Assembly (NCBI GenBank): GCA_027083345.1
Contig: JALWOZ010000008.1
Span: 5,006 to 69,005 of the forward strand
Length of the DNA: 64,000 nucleotides
DNA from: Candidatus Kaiserbacteria bacterium
Lineage (GTDB): Bacteria; Patescibacteriota; Minisyncoccia; Phycocordibacterales; UBA2100
Reading direction: 5' to 3'
Shown: piece after piece, positions 1-8,359 of the stretch
How positions within the stretch are numbered: position 1 is the first letter of the stretch
How the letters are laid out: every line of letters begins with the position of its first letter
Program-made: the position numbers and the translations under genes
Notes under the pieces: model-generated
What the model saw: only the letters and a program-made list of their open reading frames with translations
Databases searched by the model: none
Told to the model about the DNA's origin: nothing

Positions 1-1097
1 GGATAAATAACATACAAAAGAAGTTTGGCTACCAAGCTGTAACCATACCCCACATTACCAAAAGTGACTTATACAAAACCTCTGGGCATTGGGAGAAGTT
101 TGGAGAGGAGCTATTTAAAGTTAGGGGTCAAAGCAATGTGGAGTTTGTAATGAAGCCGATGAACTGCCCCCACCACACTCAAATATACGCCAGCTCTCCA
201 AAAAGCTATAAAGACCTCCCAATACGCTATGCAGAATCCACAATGGTCTACAGAGATGAGCAGGCAGGAGAGCTACTTGGCCTTGCCAGAGTGCGCTCTA
301 TAACTCAAGACGATGGGCATGTATTTTGTACTAAAGAACAAATAAACCAAGAGGTTAATAACATAATCTCTGTTATAAAAGAGTTTTACTCATCTCTAGG
401 TATGTTTGAAGATGGTAAGTTCTGGGTCTCTGTCTCTGTACGAGACAAGAATGATATGAGCAAATATTTAGGCGACCCAAAAATCTGGGACGATGCAGAG
501 GCAACTCTGGAGCAAATAGTAAAAGACAATAACTTTAAATACAAAGTAGTGCCCGGAGAGGCAGCCTTTTATGGGCCTAAAATAGACTTTATGTTTTTTG
601 ATGCACTGGGCAGAGAGAGGCAGTTAGCTACAGCTCAATTGGACTTTGTGATGCCAGAGAGGTTTGGGCTAGAGTACACAGACAAGAGTGGCAAAAAACA
701 AACTCCAGTGATGATACACCGTGCCATAGCCGGCTCTCTTGAGAGATTCTTAAGCATAATGATAGAGCACTTTGCAGGACACTTCCCCACTTGGCTCTCT
801 CCCGAGCAAGTACGCATAGTACCCGTTGCAGAGGCTCATAACCCATATGCTAATAAAATATTAACAGAATTATCTGATATAGACATAAGAGCTACTATAG
901 CAAATGCAACAGACTCATTAGGCAAAAGAATACGCAATAGCAAAAAGAGCAAGATCCCCTACATATTGGTATTAGGAGATAAAGAGGAAAAAGAGCAAAC
1001 AATAACTGCCGAATTGCCTAATGGCGAAAAACTAGAGATGCCGACAGCAGACTTTAAAAATCATATACTCAAAGAGGTGGGCACACCCACAAACTAA
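1..1097 (+). CDS. thrS: Threonyl-tRNA synthetase, C-terminal catalytic + anticodon-binding part (5' end outside window)
   Basis: Frame 3 is open from nt 3 and translates ...FGYQAVTIPHITKSDLYKTSGHWEKF...MKPMNCPHHTQIY... These are class II ThrRS motifs, and the ORF track shows 138..1097 in the same frame with stop at 1097. Confidence 0.9.
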   Translation, partial: INNIQKKFGYQAVTIPHITKSDLYKTSGHWEKFGEELFKVRGQSNVEFVMKPMNCPHHTQIYASSPKSYKDLPIRYAESTMVYRDEQAGELLGLARVRSITQDDGHVFCTKEQINQEVNNIISVIKEFYSSLGMFEDGKFWVSVSVRDKNDMSKYLGDPKIWDDAEATLEQIVKDNNFKYKVVPGEAAFYGPKIDFMFFDALGRERQLATAQLDFVMPERFGLEYTDKSGKKQTPVMIHRAIAGSLERFLSIMIEHFAGHFPTWLSPEQVRIVPVAEAHNPYANKILTELSDIDIRATIANATDSLGKRIRNSKKSKIPYILVLGDKEEKEQTITAELPNGEKLEMPTADFKNHILKEVGTPTN

Positions 1098-1909
1098 CTA
1101 TCAACAACACTACGAGTAAGCACAATCTTGGGGTACTCTCCGGACTTGTCTAATATTATTTCGTCTTTAAATGTCTCTTGTAGAGTCTCTACTGCTCTCT
1201 CTACTGCAGGGTGCTCTTGTGGTAGTTGCTCTTGTTTTTGCTCAGTATTTATAGTATCAGCACTTTTATCACCATCATCGTCTAATTGACTCAATACATA
1301 GTCTATATCTTTAACTACCTCTTTAACGGAGACCTCCTGTTGTGTATTGAGTTGGGCTACTTTTTGAGAGTTGGTACTACCACTATCTCTGGGGTGCCAA
1401 TCGTCATCTGGATTCACCCCATCAAAGTCAACTACAGCAAAATCCTCTTCAGAAAATTCGTCTGGCATCTGCCCAACCCTACTCACCTTAAGCTCCTCCT
1501 CTACCGCCCTTTTGACTCTCTCTTCAACCTCTGGGTCTATGGTTAGATTATTATACTCTCTATCCGCCTTTGGGTTCTCTTCTACAATATGCTCATTTAT
1601 TTGTATTTGTGGTGAAGGTGTAGGAATAGATACGGAAGTAGATATATACTCTGGGGTTTGATCAACAATAATATGCTCCATTCTGGTGCCCTTCTGCCCT
1701 ATGAAAATCTTAACCAAACCGGCAAATAACTTGTTAATGAGCCACAAATTACTCAAGATTATATGCGCTATAAAAAAGCTCCACAAAGCAAGAGCCACCC
1801 AAAAAAGAGAGTTATACACTGGCCCATAATCAAAGCCCATATTTTGTAATTGCACTATTGTGTCTACTGAGTTATCCATAAAAATATTGTACCATAAAAT
1901 TAAAAACAC
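1094..1909 (-). CDS. Hypothetical membrane protein with acidic C-terminal region
   Basis: 271-aa ORF. N-terminal TM segments (FWVALALWSFFIAHIILSNLWLINKLFAGLV) are followed by a D/E-rich tail. It overlaps the thrS stop by 4 nt. Confidence 0.45.
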   Translation of the reverse strand: MFLILWYNIFMDNSVDTIVQLQNMGFDYGPVYNSLFWVALALWSFFIAHIILSNLWLINKLFAGLVKIFIGQKGTRMEHIIVDQTPEYISTSVSIPTPSPQIQINEHIVEENPKADREYNNLTIDPEVEERVKRAVEEELKVSRVGQMPDEFSEEDFAVVDFDGVNPDDDWHPRDSGSTNSQKVAQLNTQQEVSVKEVVKDIDYVLSQLDDDGDKSADTINTEQKQEQLPQEHPAVERAVETLQETFKDEIILDKSGEYPKIVLTRSVVDS

Positions 1910-1987
1910 TCCGCCTTGTGAGCAGAGTGTCTTTAATTTTCATTTTGGAGCTAAGTTCAATAACTATAGGCGACGGCTTTTGAGTTA

Positions 1988-3322
1988 TTAAACCCTATAT
2001 AATCTCCTCCTGCGACTATCTAGACCTAGAATCGTCAATATGTTACCTCCTTGTGCGTAAAGAGCATATAGTGCGCTTAATGCCAATACTGCGTATAGTG
2101 CTAACCATATTGGGTCATCAAATCCTGTATATGGAGCATCTGATAGAGTAACTGTTTTATAAGTAGGTACTACTGAACTTGTTAGGGTTACTGTAGGATT
2201 AGTATATGTAGGTGTATATATCTGCTTATTTTGTACAGGGATGTATACATTACATGTCTTGCTTGCTCCCGTAGAAGTATCCCTCACTATGGCATAACAG
2301 GTTGTATTGCTCTGTGGGTAGATAGACCTTGTGCCTATCGCCGACACACGAGAGTTACCCAATACTCCTCCTGTACAATACACGTCTGTTGTGTCTCCAA
2401 GACTCGTAGCCCATGAGAGAGTTACTTTAGCTCCATTGTATCTGCTTGGAGTAGCATACATAGAACATTGAGGAGTAGAGACTGTGGTTGGAGGGTGGTA
2501 AACAGGATACACTGGTGTTACTGCTACTGGTGCTGGAGTTACTGTATTTGTGTTTACGTTATTATTAACATTGTTGTTCACTATATTTATTGGTGTTGCT
2601 GTTGGATATGTCGGAGCCGGTGGGTACACAATCACTGGAGGCTCGTAAACTGGCGGATTATATACTGGAGGCTCGTATACAGGAGGGTTGTAAGTAGGTG
2701 GCTCGTTATAATCTATAACTACAGGGGTATTATATGTAACTGAGGTACTATGGTCATCATAATCATATACTACTTTTGATGGTACGAACTTACCATACTT
2801 AGAGTATGTCTTCGTTTTAGTCTTTGAGCCGTAGTTGCTATAAGTCTTAGCTTTTGTCTTATAACCATAATTTGAGTATGTTTTTGTTTTAGTCTTTGAT
2901 CCGTAGTTAATGTACTTGGACTTTGTCTTAGTCTTATGTCCGTAATTAGAGTATGTCTTAACTTTAGGTTTTGAAGAACCGTAATTAGAGTATGACTTAG
3001 CTCTTGTTGTTGAACCGTAGTTTGAGTATGTTTTACCTAAAGACTTTGATGATCCATAATTAGAATATGTTTTTGTTTTAGACTTTGAGCCGTAGTTACT
3101 ATAAGACTTGGTTTTTGTTTTGTGCCCATAGCTTGAGTATGACTTAGCTCTAGATTTTGAACCATAATTTGAGTATGTTTTTACTCTAGACTTTGAGCCG
3201 TAGTTACTGTAAGTCTTTTGTAGAGACCCACCTGCACTAACCACACTAGCAGTGCTTAGCAACATAACAGGTATCATAAGCATACCTATCACTATTTTGT
3301 TTATGTTAATAATATTCTTCAT
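1988..3322 (-). CDS. Secreted repeat protein: signal peptide, ~14 tandem K-TYSNYGSK-x-K repeats, PPVY/NNNV low-complexity, Cys-bracketed domain, C-terminal DAPYTG + TM + RRRR tail (putative sortase substrate)
   Basis: Direct translation: N-terminal hydrophobic signal, the repeat block, then the shared Cys domain. It ends ...SDAPYTGFDDPIWLALYAVLALSALYALYAQGG...DSRRRRLYRV. Confidence 0.7.
   Translation of the reverse strand: MKNIININKIVIGMLMIPVMLLSTASVVSAGGSLQKTYSNYGSKSRVKTYSNYGSKSRAKSYSSYGHKTKTKSYSNYGSKSKTKTYSNYGSSKSLGKTYSNYGSTTRAKSYSNYGSSKPKVKTYSNYGHKTKTKSKYINYGSKTKTKTYSNYGYKTKAKTYSNYGSKTKTKTYSKYGKFVPSKVVYDYDDHSTSVTYNTPVVIDYNEPPTYNPPVYEPPVYNPPVYEPPVIVYPPAPTYPTATPINIVNNNVNNNVNTNTVTPAPVAVTPVYPVYHPPTTVSTPQCSMYATPSRYNGAKVTLSWATSLGDTTDVYCTGGVLGNSRVSAIGTRSIYPQSNTTCYAIVRDTSTGASKTCNVYIPVQNKQIYTPTYTNPTVTLTSSVVPTYKTVTLSDAPYTGFDDPIWLALYAVLALSALYALYAQGGNILTILGLDSRRRRLYRV
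2752..3215 (-). repeat. Tandem ~36-39 bp coding repeats (YSNYGSK unit)
   Basis: Periodic ...tatgagtat/gtttgagtatg... units are visible in the DNA. The protein shows 14 copies of TYSNYGSKxKxK. Confidence 0.7.
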
Positions 3323-3402
3323 GTTTTTTATATCTACTTACTTAATAATCCTCTTAATGCCTATATACTACCATATAATCTCCGGTATGTCAAGCTTTTT
3401 AT

Positions 3403-3447
3403 ATGAGAAAGGGCGGAATCATTGACTCAATAAGTTATTGAGTATAA
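3403..3447. terminator. Imperfect inverted repeat (gggcggaat...ttattgagt / actcaataa...tccgccc), possible terminator of the minus-strand small gene
   Basis: Arms gggcgga/tccgccc and actcaataa/ttattgagt lie directly 3' of the stop of the 3470..3805 minus-strand ORF. Confidence 0.3.
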
Positions 3448-3469
3448 CTCCGCCCATTCCCCCAATTTG

Positions 3470-3805
3470 TTATTCCCAGGGGCCTGGCGAGGCCCCGCCC
3501 CGCTCCAGGCATGTGTCAATCACATGCCTGATGTCCGGATTCCTCAGAAGGGAATCCTCAAATCGAAATCCGAAGCCCTCCATGAGGAGGACCCCACCAA
3601 TCGTACGGTCTTCGACTACGACCTCATAGTCGTAGTCCTCGTTGATAACCCCACCCGCCTCCTCGCGGGGGGTCATATCTGCCTCAATGAGGCAGGACTC
3701 GATATTCATCAAGTCCTGCCTCAGGTCCTCCTGCCCGAAGGCAGGGATGGCGGTCAGGGCGGTGGCGGTCAGGGCAGCGATGACGGTCAGGATGGTGATT
3801 TTCAT
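3470..3805 (-). CDS. Small secreted acidic protein encoded in a visibly GC-rich insert
   Basis: Minus-strand ORF MKITILTVIAALTATALTAIPAFGQ(signal)-EDLRQDLMNIESC... It is preceded by GGAGAGAG 6-8 nt upstream of the ATG at 3805. GC-rich runs (cccaggggcctggcgaggccccgccccgctcc; ggcggtggcggtcagggcagcgatgacgg) contrast with AT-rich flanks. Confidence 0.5.
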   Translation of the reverse strand: MKITILTVIAALTATALTAIPAFGQEDLRQDLMNIESCLIEADMTPREEAGGVINEDYDYEVVVEDRTIGGVLLMEGFGFRFEDSLLRNPDIRHVIDTCLERGGASPGPWE

Positions 3806-3856
3806 TTTCTCTCTCCGTTTTTGCAAGGCCGTTGTGGCCTTGCTTCAAAGGTAGGT

Positions 3857-3915
3857 GAGTATCTCTCAACCCACCTAATTAAAGCATTTAATATAACGCG
3901 CTAATTAGGTGAGTT
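3857..3915. repeat. 17-bp near-perfect inverted repeat (ctcaacccacctaattaa ... ctaattaggtgagttgag) with 18-nt spacer
   Basis: Seen directly in the sequence at the boundary of the GC-rich insert. Confidence 0.5.
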
Positions 3916-4048
3916 GAGGGATTACCGCCAAACACACATAACAAATTGGGTTCTAAAAGAACAGCTCAAGCAAGAGTACTCGTACTCTTGCTTGAGCTTG
4001 CATATTATAACATATTAGTTGTAGAGTGTCAATATTATACTCTAAAAA

Positions 4049-4783
4049 TTATGGCAACACCACCACCGTACTGCCTATACCTAATGTCTGCTGTACTAAG
4101 TCGGCATCTGACTTTAGAGCGTTAACACAACCATGTGAAGAATCTAAATATAAATATGTTTTTTGGACTTTTGTATCAGGATTTGTAAAAGTTCGGAAGT
4201 TAGGACTCCCATGAAAGGCTATACCACGCCTAGACTCAAAAAAGCTTGCCCACGCCATATTAGGCTTCTCCGGGTCACTAGCGGGGAACTCTCTAGATGA
4301 ATAATCCTCACCTTCTTGCCGAGTTATATTAAACTTACCCTCCGGAGTACTCAACCCAGCACTAGTCATAGCTGTGCCAACCGGCCCGGTACGCAAAAGC
4401 TTACCATCTTTAAAGAGCCAAAAACGATGGAATCTTTTACTTATTATAAGCCCTGTGTCTGCGCCGAGTATCTGCTCTGGGTCTGGCACCGGTATAGACT
4501 GTCGCATTATATCATCTACTAGTACCAAACTCCCCTGCTCTTTGCTATTTACAGGGTCTGGTACGATATCTGCCCACTCTGCCGGCTCCGGCACAGACTC
4601 ATTAGCTTCAGGCTCGTCTCCTAATACGAGTGATGCCAAAGTAGCACCTGCACCCGCCAAAAACCCCCGCCTAGATGTAGTCGATGCTCTACCAGTCTCT
4701 ATGTCTTTTGTTGAGTCGGTTTCCTCAACTTTTTTATTATGTTTATTATGCAATTGCTCCATATACAGAGCATTATAACACAA
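4049..4783 (-). CDS. L,D-transpeptidase (YkuD family) with twin-arginine (Tat) signal peptide
   Basis: TTSRRGFLAGAGATLASLVLG is a Tat motif (SRRGFLAG). The catalytic region has ...GIAFHGSP... and ...SSHGCVNA..., matching YkuD H-G-S / SHGC(V/I). The likely start is the internal M (MEQLHNK, ~4762). Confidence 0.7.
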   Translation of the reverse strand: MCYNALYMEQLHNKHNKKVEETDSTKDIETGRASTTSRRGFLAGAGATLASLVLGDEPEANESVPEPAEWADIVPDPVNSKEQGSLVLVDDIMRQSIPVPDPEQILGADTGLIISKRFHRFWLFKDGKLLRTGPVGTAMTSAGLSTPEGKFNITRQEGEDYSSREFPASDPEKPNMAWASFFESRRGIAFHGSPNFRTFTNPDTKVQKTYLYLDSSHGCVNALKSDADLVQQTLGIGSTVVVLP

Positions 4784-4810
4784 AAATATTTATATCTGCT
4801 ATATACCTTT

Positions 4811-5635
4811 TTATTTAGAACTCTTAACCTTACTCATTATAAATATAAGCAATATAATCAAAACTAAGAATACTACTCCTACGGGTATTGCTATCTTTTT
4901 AAATGCTTCTCCAAACAATCCCCCCGAACCAGAACCATTAGTAGGATCTGTGCTTGTAGCAGTTGGGTCTGTACTGGTACTTATCGGATCCACCTCTACC
5001 TTAACCTTAACTATAGCTCCACATGTCCCTGTTATACCAGCATCATTTAAGACCGTCATGTTGTATGCTGTGTCTTTAGTAGGAGTTACTATACGAGAGC
5101 CACTCACAGTATTAACATGTCCTATACCGCTATCTATAAAGGCTACTGTAGCTCCTATAGTCGTCCACTGCAACTCTATAGCCCCACTTGGGGTTATGGC
5201 GGGGACAAGTGAGCATACCGGCTTAGGCAACTGATCATCACCAACCTCTACTACAGCTCCACATTGCTTTTTATTAACCAATCTATAGGCAACTCTACTA
5301 CAAGTTGTACAAACCTCTCCTGAGTCATCTGTATCTACACTTGAGGCTCTAGCACTAGAGTATGAATAATTATATGGATTAGAGTATGTATAAGTCGCAT
5401 TACTGTCAGGGGTAGAATAATTATCATAATAATACCCGCTACTACTCTGTGTATACACTACATGAGGCTGATAAACCTGCTGAGCAGGCATATTATTGGT
5501 ATTTATATTATTATTTACATTATTATTTACATTATTATTTGCTATATTAACTTGTGCAAAGCTAATATTGGGCAAAGACCCTATAGAAGTCAAGACAAAT
5601 ACTAAACCAAATAATACGCTGTTTATGTTTTTCAT
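4811..5635 (-). CDS. Secreted surface protein, paralog of 1988..3322 and 5738..6292 (shared Cys-bracketed domain), C-terminal TM anchor
   Basis: Signal peptide MKNINSVLFGLVFVLTSIGSLPNISFAQ; NNNVNNNVN low-complexity as in the 1988 protein. The domain C-x-LVPAITPSGAIELQWTTIGA...GIGHV...IVTPTKDTAYNMTV...GTCGAIV is shared. C-terminal FKKIAIPVGVVFLVLIILLIFIMSKVKSSK. Confidence 0.65.
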   Translation of the reverse strand: MKNINSVLFGLVFVLTSIGSLPNISFAQVNIANNNVNNNVNNNINTNNMPAQQVYQPHVVYTQSSSGYYYDNYSTPDSNATYTYSNPYNYSYSSARASSVDTDDSGEVCTTCSRVAYRLVNKKQCGAVVEVGDDQLPKPVCSLVPAITPSGAIELQWTTIGATVAFIDSGIGHVNTVSGSRIVTPTKDTAYNMTVLNDAGITGTCGAIVKVKVEVDPISTSTDPTATSTDPTNGSGSGGLFGEAFKKIAIPVGVVFLVLIILLIFIMSKVKSSK

Positions 5636-5737
5636 ATAAGTATTATAGTACCATATAAATAGCTACGTGTCAATACTCCTGCCTATATTACCGCGTCAAA
5701 AACAGTTATAATAGGATGCGCTTAACAAAAAATTATA

Positions 5738-6292
5738 TTAGACAAATAATGTTTTACGGGCATTAGTAGCTACAAAACCTGCAGTTAACAACATAACTAA
5801 CAAAAATAGTGTGTATATAACATTCTCTGCCATACCTGTATAAGGCGCATTACCTAAGTTGACACTACTACCTGCCGGATAGATAGCTAGAGTCTGTAAT
5901 ACAACATTGGGATTAACTGCGCTGATAGTACCATCTCCATTAACAACAGCTATGGTAGAGCAATACCCTCCCTCTCCTTGTGAGTTCCAGCTATGCATTG
6001 TGTATATAGTGTATTTATCAGGTGATACAAACATCTCTCCATCTGGAGCTATATTACCTATACCATTGTCTAAACTGGCAAATATAGCACCCTCCGTAGA
6101 TGTCCACTTTAGTTTAGCCATATTAACTCCATTGCCCATAGGTACTAAAGTTATAGTACAACTTGGCACTAGAGATCCTTTATTCTTTGAAGCGTTAACT
6201 ACACCAAAGGAACTAAATAAAACCAAAGTAGCTATTAAAGCCATGCTACTAAATTTACCTGCTAAAATTAAAAAGTTATTCATAATGCGCAC
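5738..6292 (-). CDS. Secreted surface protein paralog with C-terminal NAPYTG + TM + basic tail (putative sortase substrate)
   Basis: Signal anchor; domain CTITLVPMGNGVNMAKLKWTSTEGA...GIGNIAPDGEMFVSPDKYTIYTM...GYCSTIAV. It ends ...NLGNAPYTGMAENVIYTLFLLVMLLTAGFVATNARKTLFV. Confidence 0.65.
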   Translation of the reverse strand: MRIMNNFLILAGKFSSMALIATLVLFSSFGVVNASKNKGSLVPSCTITLVPMGNGVNMAKLKWTSTEGAIFASLDNGIGNIAPDGEMFVSPDKYTIYTMHSWNSQGEGGYCSTIAVVNGDGTISAVNPNVVLQTLAIYPAGSSVNLGNAPYTGMAENVIYTLFLLVMLLTAGFVATNARKTLFV

Positions 6293-6378
6293 TTATAATA
6301 AATTATTAAATAATGTTATTAATGATATAACCATAGATAGTACATAAAGTCAATACTTACTAACGTACCTTACTCACA

Positions 6379-7059
6379 TTATTGCTCTAAAGATACATCT
6401 CTAGGATAACTGCCAACAAAGTCGGCTGTAACTATCCACCTATCAGCCTTTTTGCCTAAGGTATTACAAGTAACCAATGTAATCTGCTGTACTCCTGGCT
6501 TTGGAGTAAAGTCTATTATAGCGTCGGAGGCCTTCCTCATCTCTTTATTGCTCACTGTATATACATATTCTTTATCTCCACTTATAAGCTTTATAACATT
6601 ACCCTCCTCTAAATGTGGGACCTGATTAAAAGCTTGATACATCTTATTGTGCACCGTACGATAGCTAGTAGAATGGCCTAAAATAAGCATATTACCGTCT
6701 CTACCTAAAGTACCTGAACCCGGATAACGGATAATAGATGTTAACAACTCTTGGTTCAGCACTTTTACATCTGTTGTATTCGGATTAGTTAAAGGTAAAT
6801 CCACTCCAAAGGCAGGCATAGTGAGTCTGGTCGGTAGGATAACCCTAGTCTCAACCGGTTTGAGCTTCTCTTGTTCTGCCTTTTTCTGCTCTTCCTCTAA
6901 TCTTTTTACAACTTCTGCTCTCTCTTTATTGCTCAGAGACCCGTCTACATAATAAGGTACAAAACCTACAGAATTTAATACTGTTAAAGATAATACAAAT
7001 ACCCACGCAGTAACAACTATATATAAAAATCCACTAGGTTTGTTTCTACCTGCTATCAT
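6379..7059 (-). CDS. Sortase family transpeptidase (class D/E-like)
   Basis: N-terminal TM anchor, then NMLILGHST (His motif), QITLVTCNTLG (TLxTC catalytic Cys) and a downstream R (ADRWIV). This is the canonical sortase triad arrangement. Confidence 0.8.
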   Translation of the reverse strand: MIAGRNKPSGFLYIVVTAWVFVLSLTVLNSVGFVPYYVDGSLSNKERAEVVKRLEEEQKKAEQEKLKPVETRVILPTRLTMPAFGVDLPLTNPNTTDVKVLNQELLTSIIRYPGSGTLGRDGNMLILGHSTSYRTVHNKMYQAFNQVPHLEEGNVIKLISGDKEYVYTVSNKEMRKASDAIIDFTPKPGVQQITLVTCNTLGKKADRWIVTADFVGSYPRDVSLEQ

Positions 7060-7190
7060 ATTTACCTAATTGTAACACATGGGCACAAGGCACAACTTAT
7101 TGACACAAGGTCGTATATATGGTAATAAACAGTTAAATAATACTTTTAATAAGCAATTTATTAATTTAATAATCATTAATTTATCAAAAT

Positions 7191-8228
7191 ATGACGGACA
7201 ATAATACATATGAGGCAGAGAGTCGTGGAGTAGCAATGAACATTTTTGCCATTCTTGGATTTATAGCAATTCTACTCGCAGGACTTTGGGCTACCATGCA
7301 ACTGGTCAGGCAAGTATCTAACATATCTACCTCTTTTAATAAGCCGGGTATTACTCTTCCGTTTTTAGCAGATAAGAGCAAGTTGGCTTTGGTAGACAAT
7401 AGAGATGCTATACAATCTGGAGAGAGTACTAAAATAGCTTGGACACTTGGCAAAAATAAGAGAGAGGCTGAGGGTAGTATTGTTACCTTATCTTATGCTT
7501 GTAAGTATGGGGTATACTTGAAGGTATTAAACCCAACTACAGACGAGTATAATGCCTTACCATGTAATGCATCATATAACGTACCGGCCACAGACTCGGA
7601 TATCTCTATTATACCGATACTAACAGACAATAAAGATAGCGAGGTTGCATTTTCTCTGACTTATACACCAACTAAAGGTTCTGACGAATCTGTAAACGGA
7701 ATACTAAAAGTAGTGAATAAGAGTGCTCTAACTACAAAAACAACTACTGAAAATCCTAATTCTAAAGGTACTATAACTCCAAAAACTACAGATAAGGAAG
7801 GAATAGTGGGCCACAGACAAGTTGTAAACCCTCCTAAAAAGACTATAAAGAAAACCATAAAACAAGTTGTTGTGCCCGTGAGGAGATCCAACCCTAATGG
7901 GCTACCAGATCTTACAGTACGTATATTGCAAATTATTCCTATAAACAGCACAGGTAAGGTGTCTGTAAAGCTAGAGGTGTCTAACATAGGCACAAAAGTA
8001 GCAAAAGGTTGGACATTAACCGCAACCCTACCAACTAATCCTGCATATACATATACATCAGGTACTCAAAGCGCACTATATGCCGGGGAGCGAGCTGAGA
8101 TGCTGTTGACCTTTGACAAGGTTAAGCCAGGTGCAAATGCATTACTATTAACCGTAGATGCATCAAACTCAATAACGGAATCTTCAGAGACGAATAATTC
8201 TGCATCTGGGATTATTACTACTCAATAA
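7191..8228 (+). CDS. Membrane-anchored protein with C-terminal CARDB-like domain
   Basis: N-terminal TM (IFAILGFIAILLAGLWATMQLV). The C-terminal region has LPDLTVRI...VSNIGTKVAKGWTL...GERAEM...LLTVDASNSITESSETNNSAS, matching the CARDB pattern (DL.V...N.G......VD..N.V.E.NE.NN). Confidence 0.55.
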   Translation: MTDNNTYEAESRGVAMNIFAILGFIAILLAGLWATMQLVRQVSNISTSFNKPGITLPFLADKSKLALVDNRDAIQSGESTKIAWTLGKNKREAEGSIVTLSYACKYGVYLKVLNPTTDEYNALPCNASYNVPATDSDISIIPILTDNKDSEVAFSLTYTPTKGSDESVNGILKVVNKSALTTKTTTENPNSKGTITPKTTDKEGIVGHRQVVNPPKKTIKKTIKQVVVPVRRSNPNGLPDLTVRILQIIPINSTGKVSVKLEVSNIGTKVAKGWTLTATLPTNPAYTYTSGTQSALYAGERAEMLLTFDKVKPGANALLLTVDASNSITESSETNNSASGIITTQ

Positions 8229-8231
8229 AAT

Positions 8232-8262
8232 CTTGCAAAAACAATTAGATTTTGTATAATCC
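8232..8262 (+). promoter_or_regulatory. Sigma70-like promoter upstream of rpsA (TTGCAA-16-TATAAT)
   Basis: tcTTGCAAaaacaattagattttgTATAATcc lies ~100 nt upstream of the rpsA start. Confidence 0.35.
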
Positions 8263-8359
8263 AGTAGTTCTAAAAATTATTAACACGGAGAATGCTTAAC
8301 CCTCTCACCGCGAATACTCAAAGGTACGATGGTGACAGAGGCAGACTCTAACAATTATT

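Noticed and set aside
2468-2743. 91-aa + strand ORF rich in W/C/Y (MRSRDCGWRVVNRIHWCYCYWCW...)
   Set aside because: It is antisense to the tandem-repeat region of the 1988..3322 gene. The composition is an artefact of reading the repeat on the wrong strand.
3467-3904. 145-aa + strand ORF across the GC-rich insert
   Set aside because: No signal peptide or RBS. High GC keeps many frames open. The minus-strand ORF has an RBS and a signal peptide and is preferred.
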